DNA of 64,000 bases from an uncultured Verrucomicrobiota bacterium (lineage in GTDB: Bacteria; Verrucomicrobiota; Kiritimatiellia; CAIKKV01), in the NCBI GenBank assembly GCA_964609905.1, contig CAZSUH010000002.1:3148-67147 (forward strand), given 5' to 3'. A program made the translations under genes and the position numbers. Numbering within the stretch: position 1 is the stretch's first letter; each line of letters starts with the position of its first letter. The notes beneath the pieces were generated by a model that was given only the letters and a program-made list of their open reading frames with translations, was not told the DNA's origin and made no database searches. Positions 8,457 to 16,968 of this stretch are shown one piece after another.

Positions 8457-9680
8457 CTATTCCTCCTCCCCTTTTTCCAGGATCACCGAGCGGATCCGAT
8501 GACGTTTGACTTCGCCCACGGTGACCTTGCATCCCTGGGCGATGATGACCTCCCCGGTCCGGGGCAGATGTTCCGCCTTCTCCGTCACCCATCCCGAGAT
8601 GCGGTCGGCGCCGTCGGAGGTCAGTTCCAGGTCCAGTTCGTCATTGATGTCCTCGAGGCTGGTCGAGCCGTCCACGAGCCAGCGAGAAGCGCCAAGGGAC
8701 TTGATGGCGGCGGGGGCGCCGGGCTCGGCGCCCATGTCGGGGAGGATTTCCTCGAGGATGTCGTCCCGGGTGATCAGGCCGGCGGTGCCGCCGTATTCGT
8801 CGATGACCACGGCGAGCGGGATGCGCTCGTGCTGGAACAGGGTCAGCAGATTATCGAGGGGCATGGTGTCGGGCACGTAGAAATGGGGGCGGAGCGATTC
8901 CTTGAGATTGGGCGTTTCGACGAGGAGGTATTGGGGGGTGTCGATGAACCCGTCGATGTGATCGAGCGAACCGCGGTAAGCGGCCACGTAACGGGCGCCC
9001 GTCTTGCGGAGGGTGGCGGCCCAGGTGGCGGGGTCATCCTCGAGATCGAGACCGGCGATATCGACCCGGGGGGTCATGACATCGCGCGCCTGGATTTTTT
9101 CGAGGCGGATGATGCCGTCGATCATGGCGCTTTCCTCGGTGTTCAGCACCCCCTCCTGCTCGCCCACGTCGACCAGCGTGCGCAGATGATCGGCCGACAT
9201 GGGATTATGCCGTTTTTCGAAATACTTTTCGAACGAGCGGGTGACGCGATTGAGCAGCCAGCGGAACGGGGTGGTGGCGACCAGGAAGAACCGGATGAAC
9301 GGGATCAACCGGATGGACAGCGGCTCGGCGTGCCGGATGGCTACCCGTTTGGGCACGACATCCCCGAAGATGATGATGAGCACGGTCATGACCGGGATGG
9401 CGATGGCTTCGCCATGTCCCGGGAAGAAGCGATCCGCCACCACATAGCCGAGGTTGGCGGCCGCGATGTTGACAAACGTGTTGCCGATGAGAATGGTCGA
9501 GAGCGGCCGCGTGGGCCGGGCAAGGAGACTTTCAATCTCGCGCGCGGCCTTCGGTCGGCGGCGGGCGATGCGATGAATCAGAATGGGATTCAGGGAAAAA
9601 AGAGCGGTCTCCGTGGCCGAGAACAGGGCCGAGGCCGAGAAGAGGACCAGCAGGGTGGCGAATTGGATGAAAAGCAGCAT
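8457..9680 (-). CDS. CNNM / HlyC / CorC family Mg2+/Co2+ transporter (DUF21 + CBS pair + CorC_HlyC)
   Basis: DUF21 N-terminus (ALFSATETALFSLN), a CBS pair, and the C-terminal transporter-associated domain (GEVIIAQGCKVTVGEVKRHRI). The start is at MLLFIQF. Confidence 0.65.
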   Translation of the reverse strand: MLLFIQFATLLVLFSASALFSATETALFSLNPILIHRIARRRPKAAREIESLLARPTRPLSTILIGNTFVNIAAANLGYVVADRFFPGHGEAIAIPVMTVLIIIFGDVVPKRVAIRHAEPLSIRLIPFIRFFLVATTPFRWLLNRVTRSFEKYFEKRHNPMSADHLRTLVDVGEQEGVLNTEESAMIDGIIRLEKIQARDVMTPRVDIAGLDLEDDPATWAATLRKTGARYVAAYRGSLDHIDGFIDTPQYLLVETPNLKESLRPHFYVPDTMPLDNLLTLFQHERIPLAVVIDEYGGTAGLITRDDILEEILPDMGAEPGAPAAIKSLGASRWLVDGSTSLEDINDELDLELTSDGADRISGWVTEKAEHLPRTGEVIIAQGCKVTVGEVKRHRIRSVILEKGEEE

Positions 9681-9712
9681 ATTGCATTCCCCGCGGCGCC
9701 GGAAGGCGCGGC

Positions 9713-10483
9713 TTAAGGGGCGACACCCTCCGCTTGGGGTTTGACCACGGAATCGATGCGAAACGCGGTGCGAAGTCCGGTCGACAGCGTGGTGACGTCC
9801 AGGTCCTTCACCATCCAGTCGCCGCCGATTTTTTTGATGCTTTTGACGGCGAGCCGGGTGATGGGCGCGCCCGTGGCATCGCAGCCCTCGGCCCGCAGCA
9901 GCATCCGTTGACGGCGGTCGATCCAGAGCCGGGCATGCGCGTAGGGGGTGGGCTCTCCGGCGGGGGCGGGCACGAGCAGGACGAGGCAGTCGCGGTCGAG
10001 CGCTTTCTCCGTGCCGGTCACGCGTCCACCGCGCCACCAGAGGAAGGAGAGGCTCAGGTCGGACCAGGTCAGGTCCGTGCCCTGCAAGGGGAGGCGGGTG
10101 TCGGGGAGGGGGGCGGGGACGAGGGGGTAGCCCCGGGCATAATGCCAGGAACCGGCGCCGTCCGGGGTCCGGAGGAGTGTCATTTGTTCCAACTCCTCTC
10201 CGAACGCGTCCATAATCGTGAAGCGAGCCTGGGCGGGGGTGGCGCCGTAGTCGAGGCGCAACTGGACCTGGCAGCGGCGGGCAGGGCGGCCGTCACGGGG
10301 ATCGGCCCTGAACTCGCCGGCCATCTGGAGCGGCTCGCGGGGCAGCTGCGCCACCACCTGCTCGAGCGTGGCGTCGGCGCCGGAATCGGGGGATAATGGG
10401 GGCGGTTCGGAACCCTCGCCCTCGGCCCAGGCGGAACCGGCCGCCGCTAGAAGCGCCGTCAGGATGATCGAGGCTTGCCACAT
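9713..10483 (-). CDS. Secreted protein of unknown function (signal peptide; possibly a LolA-like / outer-membrane-lipoprotein-sorting fold)
   Basis: N-terminal signal peptide MWQASIILTALLAAAGSAWA. No recognisable catalytic motif. First gene of the long minus-strand operon. Confidence 0.4.
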   Translation of the reverse strand: MWQASIILTALLAAAGSAWAEGEGSEPPPLSPDSGADATLEQVVAQLPREPLQMAGEFRADPRDGRPARRCQVQLRLDYGATPAQARFTIMDAFGEELEQMTLLRTPDGAGSWHYARGYPLVPAPLPDTRLPLQGTDLTWSDLSLSFLWWRGGRVTGTEKALDRDCLVLLVPAPAGEPTPYAHARLWIDRRQRMLLRAEGCDATGAPITRLAVKSIKKIGGDWMVKDLDVTTLSTGLRTAFRIDSVVKPQAEGVAP

Positions 10484-10508
10484 ATCGAATCGATCCTATC
10501 GGAAAGAG

Positions 10509-10537
10509 TTGAAAGATGCAATAATTTCCTCATAATG
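10509..10537 (+). promoter_or_regulatory. Sigma70-like promoter (TTGAAA-17-ATAATG) upstream of the MBL hydrolase gene
   Basis: The -35 TTGAAA at 10509 and -10 ATAATG at 10532 end 8 nt before the ATG at 10546, with no SD, so the mRNA may be leaderless or have a very short leader. The region is divergent from the minus-strand operon. Confidence 0.4.
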
Positions 10538-10545
10538 GCGATCTT

Positions 10546-11316
10546 ATGAAAATAGTCTTTCTCGGAACCGGTACGTCCGTTGGTGTTCCCGCGATCGGGT
10601 GTTCGTGCGCGGTCTGTCGTTCGGACAATCCCAAGAACAGGCGCCGCCGATCCAGTTTATACGTGGAGGCGGCGGGCCGATTCATTCAAATCGACACCCC
10701 GCCGGATTTCCGGGACCAGGCGCTGGCCTACGGCGTCCTTCGGGTTGACGCCGTCCTGTTTACCCATGCCCATGCCGATCATGTGTTCGGGTTCGACGAT
10801 CTGCGCCGGTTCAACACGCTGCAGGGCGGCGTGATCCCGGTTTACGGCTCGGCCGCAACCATGGACGAAGTGCGCCGGATTTTCGACTATGCCTTCAAAC
10901 CCGCGCCTGCGGGCTTGTACCGGCCCCAGGTGACCCTGCATCCGGTGGACCAACCCTTTGCCCTGGGCGGGGTGACCGTGACGCCGGCGCCGGTCTGGCA
11001 TGGGGGCATCGCCACCCACGGCTACCGGCTCGATGCCGGGGGCCGGTCGCTGGGGTATGTGCCGGACTGCCTGTCCATGACGCCGGAGACCGCGGCGGTG
11101 TTTTCGGGCGTGGATGTGATGGTGCTGGACGCCTTGCGGCACACGCCGCATTTTTCGCATTCGCATCTTGCCACGAGCCTCTCGTTGTTGGCCAAAATCG
11201 GGGCCAAACGATCCTTTTTGACCCACATGTGCCACGATATCGAGCATGACGCGGTGCAGGCGAAATTGCCGCCGGGCGTGGAATTGGCCTGGGATGGCTT
11301 GCGGCTTACGGTGTGA
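10546..11316 (+). CDS. MBL-fold metallo-hydrolase (PhnP / GPMB-like phosphodiesterase family)
   Basis: HAHADH metal-binding motif and the typical LGTGTSVGVP N-terminus. Confidence 0.65.
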   Translation: MKIVFLGTGTSVGVPAIGCSCAVCRSDNPKNRRRRSSLYVEAAGRFIQIDTPPDFRDQALAYGVLRVDAVLFTHAHADHVFGFDDLRRFNTLQGGVIPVYGSAATMDEVRRIFDYAFKPAPAGLYRPQVTLHPVDQPFALGGVTVTPAPVWHGGIATHGYRLDAGGRSLGYVPDCLSMTPETAAVFSGVDVMVLDALRHTPHFSHSHLATSLSLLAKIGAKRSFLTHMCHDIEHDAVQAKLPPGVELAWDGLRLTV

Positions 11317-11338
11317 GCACGGAAACGGGAGACGCGGA

Positions 11339-11629
11339 ATGCCGGGCTGGTTGAAAGCAACGGACGGGGGCGTGGCGCTGACGCTGCGGATCGTGCCGCG
11401 CGCGTCGCGCGATGCGGTGGCCGGCGCGATGGGGGAGGCGTTGAAAATCCGGCTCCGGGCGCCGCCGGTCGACGGAAAGGCGAACGCGGCGCTCCGGGCG
11501 TTTCTGGCCGACACCCTCGACGTGCCGGAACGGGCGGTCACGATTCTCTCGGGGGAAACGGGCCGGCTGAAACGGGTGCGGGTGGAGGGCGTCGGCGAGG
11601 CGTCGGCGCTCGCCCGATTGTCACCCTAA
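11339..11629 (+). CDS. DUF167 (YggU) family protein
   Basis: Matches the YggU consensus: LRIRLRAPPVDGKANAALRAFLADTL...VTILSGETGRLKRVRV. Confidence 0.55.
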   Translation: MPGWLKATDGGVALTLRIVPRASRDAVAGAMGEALKIRLRAPPVDGKANAALRAFLADTLDVPERAVTILSGETGRLKRVRVEGVGEASALARLSP

Positions 11630-12411
11630 AACAGAAACAGACGCCGGGCATTGGCGGTGGTCAGGGCGGCCATCCGGTCGGGCGGAACGCCCCGGAGCCG
11701 GGCCAGGCCTTCCACGACGTGCGTGACGTAGGCCGGCTCGTTGGGCGATCCGCGATGCGGCACGGGCGCGAGAAAGGGCGTGTCCGTTTCCGCCAGCAAC
11801 CGGTCGTCCGGCGTCCATGCCGCCACCGCGCGGACATTGTCCCCTTTGGGGAAGGTCAGGATGCCGCTGAAACTGAGGTGGAAACCGCAGGCGAGCATGC
11901 GGCGGGCGAACCCCTCCCCGGCGGCAAAACAGTGAATGACACCGATCCGGTCCGGTTCGCCGGACCAGCGCGCCGCGTGCGACTCGAGGAGCGGGGCCAG
12001 CACGCCCTCGGCGTCCCGGCAATGGACCACGACGGGCAGGCGGCGGGCGGCGGCCCGATCGAGCATGCCGTTCAGCAGCCGTTCCTGGGCGGCCGCGGTT
12101 TCGGGCGCATAGTGGAAATCCAACCCGATCTCGCCGAGCGCAACCACGCCCGGAGAGGCCAGTTGGAGGTCAAGTTCCGCGACATTCAGATCGGTTCGCG
12201 TGGCGCAGTCCCGGTCGAACCCGACGGCGGCCCGGACTTGGGGATGGCGCCGCGCGCATTCAAGGGCGAGGCGGTTGCCCTCCGGATTGCCGCCCACCGC
12301 GAGCACGCGGATGACGCCGGCGTCGGCGGCGCGCCGCAGGGCGGCGTCGATCGCGGCGGCGCCGCCCTGGATGCCGTCCAGGTGGGCGTGGGTGTCCACG
12401 TAGTCGGTCAT
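11626..12411 (-). CDS. tatD: TatD-family metal-dependent deoxyribonuclease
   Basis: HAHLD N-terminus, GEIGLDFHY and AETDTPFLAPVPHRG motifs. Confidence 0.75.
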   Translation of the reverse strand: MTDYVDTHAHLDGIQGGAAAIDAALRRAADAGVIRVLAVGGNPEGNRLALECARRHPQVRAAVGFDRDCATRTDLNVAELDLQLASPGVVALGEIGLDFHYAPETAAAQERLLNGMLDRAAARRLPVVVHCRDAEGVLAPLLESHAARWSGEPDRIGVIHCFAAGEGFARRMLACGFHLSFSGILTFPKGDNVRAVAAWTPDDRLLAETDTPFLAPVPHRGSPNEPAYVTHVVEGLARLRGVPPDRMAALTTANARRLFLF

Positions 12412-13493
12412 GGCCGCGTGCCGGCCCGACCGGACTCGATCAACAGCGCGGCCAGGTGGTCGGCGGCCTGGGGGGTGGCGGCTTGAAGAGCCGCCTGGCG
12501 CATGCGGGCCAGTTCGGTTTGATCGGCCAGGAGTTGTTTCAGCCGATCGGCGAGGCCGGACGAGGAGAGGGAGGATTGGAGGCGGGTGATGGCGGCGCCG
12601 GCTTTTTCCATGGCGAGGGCGTTATAGCGCTGATGATCGCCCGCCAGGGGGTAGGGGATATAGATGGCGGGCACGCCGAAGCTGGCGAGTTCGGCGCAAC
12701 TGGCGGCTCCGGCGCGGGAGATGGCGACGGTGGCGGCGGCATACGCAGCGCCCATGTCCTGGAGGAACCCGAACACCACGGCCGGGACGCCAGCCTCGCG
12801 GTACGCGGCGCGAAGGTCGTTTTCCTGCTGGCCTCCGGCCAGGTGGATCACGCGCAGGCGCCGGCCGGCGCGATGGAGACGGATCAGCGCGTCGCACGAC
12901 AGCTCGTTCACGGAGACCGAGGATTGACTGCCGCCCATCACGAGGACGACGGGTGCGGAGCCCGGCGGCAACCCGGGCAGGGGCGCGGCGGGCGTCATGT
13001 CGCGCAGGGGGAAGCCGACATAGCGGGTGGTGCGGCCGGGGAGGCGGGCGGCGGTTTCGGCGAAGCCCAGCGCGACGGTGGCGCGGAACAGGCGGGAGAG
13101 CAGCGTGATGGCCTGGCCGGGGAGGGCATTGGCCTCGTGCAGGACGACGGGAATGCCGAGGAGGCGCGCGGCGGCCACGGGAAGCAGGGAGGCCCGGCTG
13201 CCCATGGCGAGCAGGGCCGCGGGCCGCTCGCGCCGAAGCTGGCGCAGGCATTGATAGCCGGAGCGGAGGATGCGGAAGGGGAGGCGGAGCAGGGCGGACA
13301 GGGATGCGGGTTTCCGCCAATCCGTTTCAATCGTGACGACGGGGCCGCTCCAGTGATTGAGCGCTTTTTGTTCGATAGCCTTGCCGGCGAGCCAGAGGTG
13401 AACCTCGTGGCCGGAAGCGAGGAGAGCGCGGGCCGTGGCCATGCCTGGAAAGACATGGCCGCCGGTGCCTCCGCAGGCGATGACATAGCGCAT
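12408..13493 (-). CDS. murG: Undecaprenyldiphospho-muramoylpentapeptide beta-N-acetylglucosaminyltransferase
   Basis: GGTGGHVFPG signature and a GT28 C-terminal domain. 4-bp overlap with tatD. Confidence 0.8.
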   Translation of the reverse strand: MRYVIACGGTGGHVFPGMATARALLASGHEVHLWLAGKAIEQKALNHWSGPVVTIETDWRKPASLSALLRLPFRILRSGYQCLRQLRRERPAALLAMGSRASLLPVAAARLLGIPVVLHEANALPGQAITLLSRLFRATVALGFAETAARLPGRTTRYVGFPLRDMTPAAPLPGLPPGSAPVVLVMGGSQSSVSVNELSCDALIRLHRAGRRLRVIHLAGGQQENDLRAAYREAGVPAVVFGFLQDMGAAYAAATVAISRAGAASCAELASFGVPAIYIPYPLAGDHQRYNALAMEKAGAAITRLQSSLSSSGLADRLKQLLADQTELARMRQAALQAATPQAADHLAALLIESGRAGTRP

Positions 13494-13584
13494 GACGGAT
13501 TTCCAATCGTGAATGACGATTTAAAAAACAAGTCGTTATCAATTTTCACAGGCCGGAACAAGAAAAAGATTTTCAGCGAGGACT

Positions 13585-13614
13585 TGACATTTTTACGGGG
13601 TCGAGCGTAGATTA
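13585..13614 (+). promoter_or_regulatory. Sigma70-like promoter (TTGACA-18-TAGATT) for gdhA in the murG/gdhA divergent region
   Basis: Lies in a 166-bp AT-rich intergenic stretch and is followed by the AGGAGG RBS at 13651. Confidence 0.4.
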
Positions 13615-13659
13615 GAGGCGTTTTACACGTGATCAAGGTTCGTGAGGACAAGGAGGCTG

Positions 13660-14928
13660 ATGATGGCTGATAAATTGACCGCATTCGATATCGCCAAGGA
13701 TCTCTTCTACCGGTATGCGCGCCTGCTGGACCTGGACAAACAGTACCCCGGCGAAAGCCTCCCGGAACGGCTGATTATCCCGGATCGCTCCATCGAATTC
13801 CGGCTCACCCTGAAACTCGACAACGGCAGCACCCACGCCTGCAACGGGTATCGCGTCCAGTTCAACGACGATCGCGGCCCCTACAAGGGCGGCATCCGTT
13901 TCCATCCCGTGGTCGATCTCGAGGAGGTGAAGGCGCTGGCGTTCTGGATGTATCTCAAAACCGCGGTGGTGGACATCCCGTTCGGCGGCGCCAAGGGCGG
14001 CGTGGCGATCGACTACCAGGCGCTTACGCCCTCCGAGAAGGAGCGCCTGACCAAGAAATACGCCATCATCCTGAAGGACGATATCGGCGCCGAACGCGAT
14101 ATTCCGGCTCCGGACGTCAACACCGGGGAGCGCGAGATGGGCTGGATCATGGACGTCTGGCGCATTATTCACGGCCGCTACGAGCGCGGCGTGGTGACCG
14201 GCAAGCCGGTTGCCATCGGCGGTTCGCAGGGCCGCCGGTCCGCCACCGGGCGGGGGGTCGTTTTCTGCATCGCGGAGGCCGCGCGGGACCTGAAACTGGA
14301 TCTCAAGCGCGCCACGGCCGCCATCCAGGGATTCGGCAACGTGGGCAGCAACACGGCCCGTTTCCTGCACGAACTGGGGGTTACCGTCACGGCCGTGTCC
14401 GACGTCTACAGCGCGATCCGAAACCCCAAGGGCATCGACATCCCCGCGCTCATCGCCCATGCTGAGAAGGCGAATCGGATCGAGGGTTTCCCGGGGGCGG
14501 AGCCGATGGACCGCGACCACCTGTTTTCCGAAAAGGTCGATATCCTGGTGCCGGCCGCGCTCGAGAATGCCATCACCGCCGACAACGCCGGCGGCATTCA
14601 GGCGAAACTGGTGGCCGAGGGCGCCAACGGCCCCCTGACGCCGGAGGCGATCGACATCCTGGCCTCCAAGGGCGTGACGATCATTCCCGACATCCTGTGC
14701 AACGCCGGCGGCGTCACGGTCAGCTATTTCGAGTGGGTGCAAAACCGGCAGGAGTTTTACTGGACCGCCGAAAAGGTGGACGGGGAGTTGAAAGCGGTCA
14801 TGGTCCGGGCCTACCGGGCCGTGGCGGACGAGGCCGCGCGCAACACCTGTTCCCTGCGCGAGGCGGCGTACCGCATCGCCATCAAGCGCGTGGCCGACGC
14901 GGCGTTCAAGCGAGGCACGCAGCAATAG
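13660..14928 (+). CDS. gdhA: NAD(P)-specific glutamate dehydrogenase
   Basis: Glu/Leu/Phe/Val dehydrogenase signatures: GGIRFHP, GGAKGG, GFGNVG. Confidence 0.85.
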   Translation: MMADKLTAFDIAKDLFYRYARLLDLDKQYPGESLPERLIIPDRSIEFRLTLKLDNGSTHACNGYRVQFNDDRGPYKGGIRFHPVVDLEEVKALAFWMYLKTAVVDIPFGGAKGGVAIDYQALTPSEKERLTKKYAIILKDDIGAERDIPAPDVNTGEREMGWIMDVWRIIHGRYERGVVTGKPVAIGGSQGRRSATGRGVVFCIAEAARDLKLDLKRATAAIQGFGNVGSNTARFLHELGVTVTAVSDVYSAIRNPKGIDIPALIAHAEKANRIEGFPGAEPMDRDHLFSEKVDILVPAALENAITADNAGGIQAKLVAEGANGPLTPEAIDILASKGVTIIPDILCNAGGVTVSYFEWVQNRQEFYWTAEKVDGELKAVMVRAYRAVADEAARNTCSLREAAYRIAIKRVADAAFKRGTQQ

Positions 14929-14945
14929 GCCACGCATCCGGCCGG

Positions 14946-14972
14946 CGGGATCGCATGATCCGGGCCTGTTTT
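14946..14972 (+). terminator. Putative rho-independent terminator after gdhA
   Basis: Imperfect hairpin cgggatcgcatgatccgg followed by TGTTTTAAT. Lies between convergent genes. Confidence 0.35.
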
Positions 14973-16896
14973 AATCGCGCGCGTCGAGAAGCCACACCGC
15001 CATCTCGCCGGGCCGGCGGTTGCCCCAGACCGCGTAAGGCACGGCTTGGATGGTCGCGCGGCGGAGCGGGGTGGGACTCGCCGCGTAGAGACGGTTTGCC
15101 CACGACTTGACGGCGCGGCGCCGCGCCTGACCCTTGATCACCGCCACGCCGCCCAGCAGGCCGGGTTTGAAGGCGGCGCGCAGGTTGGCCGAACGGGGCA
15201 GGATCAGATCGTTCAACGCGCGCCCGTTGTCCGCCTCTTCCAGGCAGTAGACGATCGGCCCGCGCTGGAGCGCCACGCGGCCGGCGTCCTGGCGGACACG
15301 GGGATGGGCCTCGATCCGTTCCACGGGCATGGGCAGCACGAGTTCGATCCGATCGCCGGCCTGCCAGCGCCGGACGAGGCGGGCATAGCCCCTGGCGACG
15401 ACCGGGCGCACGTTGCGGCCGTTGACCTTGAGCGTGGCGCCGCGGCTCCAGCCGGGGATGCGGAGCGCGACGGTGAAGTGGACCGGTTGCGCGGGCGTCA
15501 CGGCGATGCGGATGCGGCCGTCCCACGGATAATCGGTTTTCTGCCGCAGTTCCACGCGGCAGCCGTCCACCTCCAGCTCGCCGGAACCCTGCACGTACAG
15601 GTTCACCCGCGCTTCTCCCTTGCCCTGCGAGTAGACGTACCCGCCGAGGGAGGCCAGCAGCCGCGCGATGTTCGGAGGGCAGCAGGCGCAGCCGAACCAG
15701 TCGCTGCGGCGATAATGGGCATCCGCCGGCCGGATCCCGCCATGCGGATCCACGCCGGGATGAGCCGCCAGCGGATTGGCATAGAAAAACTGTTTGCCGT
15801 CCAGCGAGATGCCGCTGATCACGCTGTTGTAAAGCGCCCGTTCCAGGACATCGGCATAGCGGCCATCCGGCTCCAGGTGGAGCATCCGGTGCGCCCAGAA
15901 GACCAGCGCGATATTGGCGCAGGTCTCGTCATACGCGTTTTCGTTGGGCAGATCGTAGTCGAAGGTGAAGCCTTCGTTGCGGCTGGTCGGTCCGAGTCCG
16001 CCGGTCACGTGCATCCGCTTCGCGGTCACGTTCTCCCACAGCCGCTTCAGCGCCGCCAGGAGCGTACGGTCGCCGGTCTCGGCGGCCACGTCGGCCATGC
16101 CGGAGTAGATATACATGGCGCGGACGGCGTGGCCCACCACTTCGGACTGCTCGCGCAGCGGCTTGTGCGCCTGCGTATAACTGTATTTCCCGAACCAGGG
16201 TTTGCCGGGTTCCTCGCCGCGGGCGGCGGCCTCCGCATCGTAGTAAAAAGGCTGACGCCCCCGCTCGTTGACGAAGAAGGTCGCGAGATCGAGGTAGCGC
16301 TTGTTGCGCGTGGCGCGGAAGAGCTTGACCAGCGCCAGTTCCACCTCCGGGTGACCGCAGTAGCCGCGTTTTTGCCCCTTCCCGGGGCCGAAGACGCGGC
16401 CGATGTAATCCGCATAGCGGCACATGACATCCAGGAAGGCCCGCTTGCCGGTGGCCTGGGCGTAAGCCACGGCCGCTTCCATCAGGTGGCCGGCACAGTA
16501 CAGTTCGTGGCAGTCGCGCAAGTTGGTCCACCGTTTGTCGGGTTCCACGAGCAAAAAGTGGGAGTTCAGATACCCGTCCCGACCCTGGGCCGCCTTCATG
16601 CGCTCGATCACGGCATCGACCTTCCGCTCCAGCGTTTGGTCCGGATGCGACGCCAGGCTGTAGGCCGCCGCTTCGATCCACTTGGCGACGTCCGAGTCCC
16701 AGAAGATATGCGGCTCGTTCGGCTGGCCCTTTTTCCAGGTCCAGGCGTCGATCCGGCCGGTCTGCTTGCATTGCCGGTACTCGATCGGCAGCGTGGCGCG
16801 ACGATTGGTTTCCATGCGGGGTGCCCAGAAGGCGTCCGACAATTGCACGCGGGTGAAGGGAACTGCTTTCAACTTGCGCAGACTGGCCGGCTTCAT
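14971..16896 (-). CDS. Glycoside hydrolase family 127 (DUF1680; beta-L-arabinofuranosidase HypBA1-like)
   Basis: Hallmark Cys-rich Zn/catalytic motif DWFGCACCPPNIARLL, ~640-aa length, no signal peptide. The start is at MKPASL. Confidence 0.7.
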   Translation of the reverse strand: MKPASLRKLKAVPFTRVQLSDAFWAPRMETNRRATLPIEYRQCKQTGRIDAWTWKKGQPNEPHIFWDSDVAKWIEAAAYSLASHPDQTLERKVDAVIERMKAAQGRDGYLNSHFLLVEPDKRWTNLRDCHELYCAGHLMEAAVAYAQATGKRAFLDVMCRYADYIGRVFGPGKGQKRGYCGHPEVELALVKLFRATRNKRYLDLATFFVNERGRQPFYYDAEAAARGEEPGKPWFGKYSYTQAHKPLREQSEVVGHAVRAMYIYSGMADVAAETGDRTLLAALKRLWENVTAKRMHVTGGLGPTSRNEGFTFDYDLPNENAYDETCANIALVFWAHRMLHLEPDGRYADVLERALYNSVISGISLDGKQFFYANPLAAHPGVDPHGGIRPADAHYRRSDWFGCACCPPNIARLLASLGGYVYSQGKGEARVNLYVQGSGELEVDGCRVELRQKTDYPWDGRIRIAVTPAQPVHFTVALRIPGWSRGATLKVNGRNVRPVVARGYARLVRRWQAGDRIELVLPMPVERIEAHPRVRQDAGRVALQRGPIVYCLEEADNGRALNDLILPRSANLRAAFKPGLLGGVAVIKGQARRRAVKSWANRLYAASPTPLRRATIQAVPYAVWGNRRPGEMAVWLLDARD

Positions 16897-16968
16897 GCAG
16901 GTTGCTCCCGTTATTATTTGGACAATCCTGAAAAAGCATGAAAGTATCCTAAAAAAAGGGGGGACGCA

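Noticed and set aside
5399-9716. Long plus-strand ORFs (5399..6997, 6994..8502, 8499..9716) opposite the membrane operon
   Set aside because: Gly/Arg/Glu-rich low-complexity translations opposite genes with clear TM/CBS architecture. No motifs.
15046-16941. 631-aa plus-strand ORF antisense to the GH127 gene
   Set aside because: The GH127 frame carries the diagnostic CCPPN motif. The antisense frame is low-complexity.
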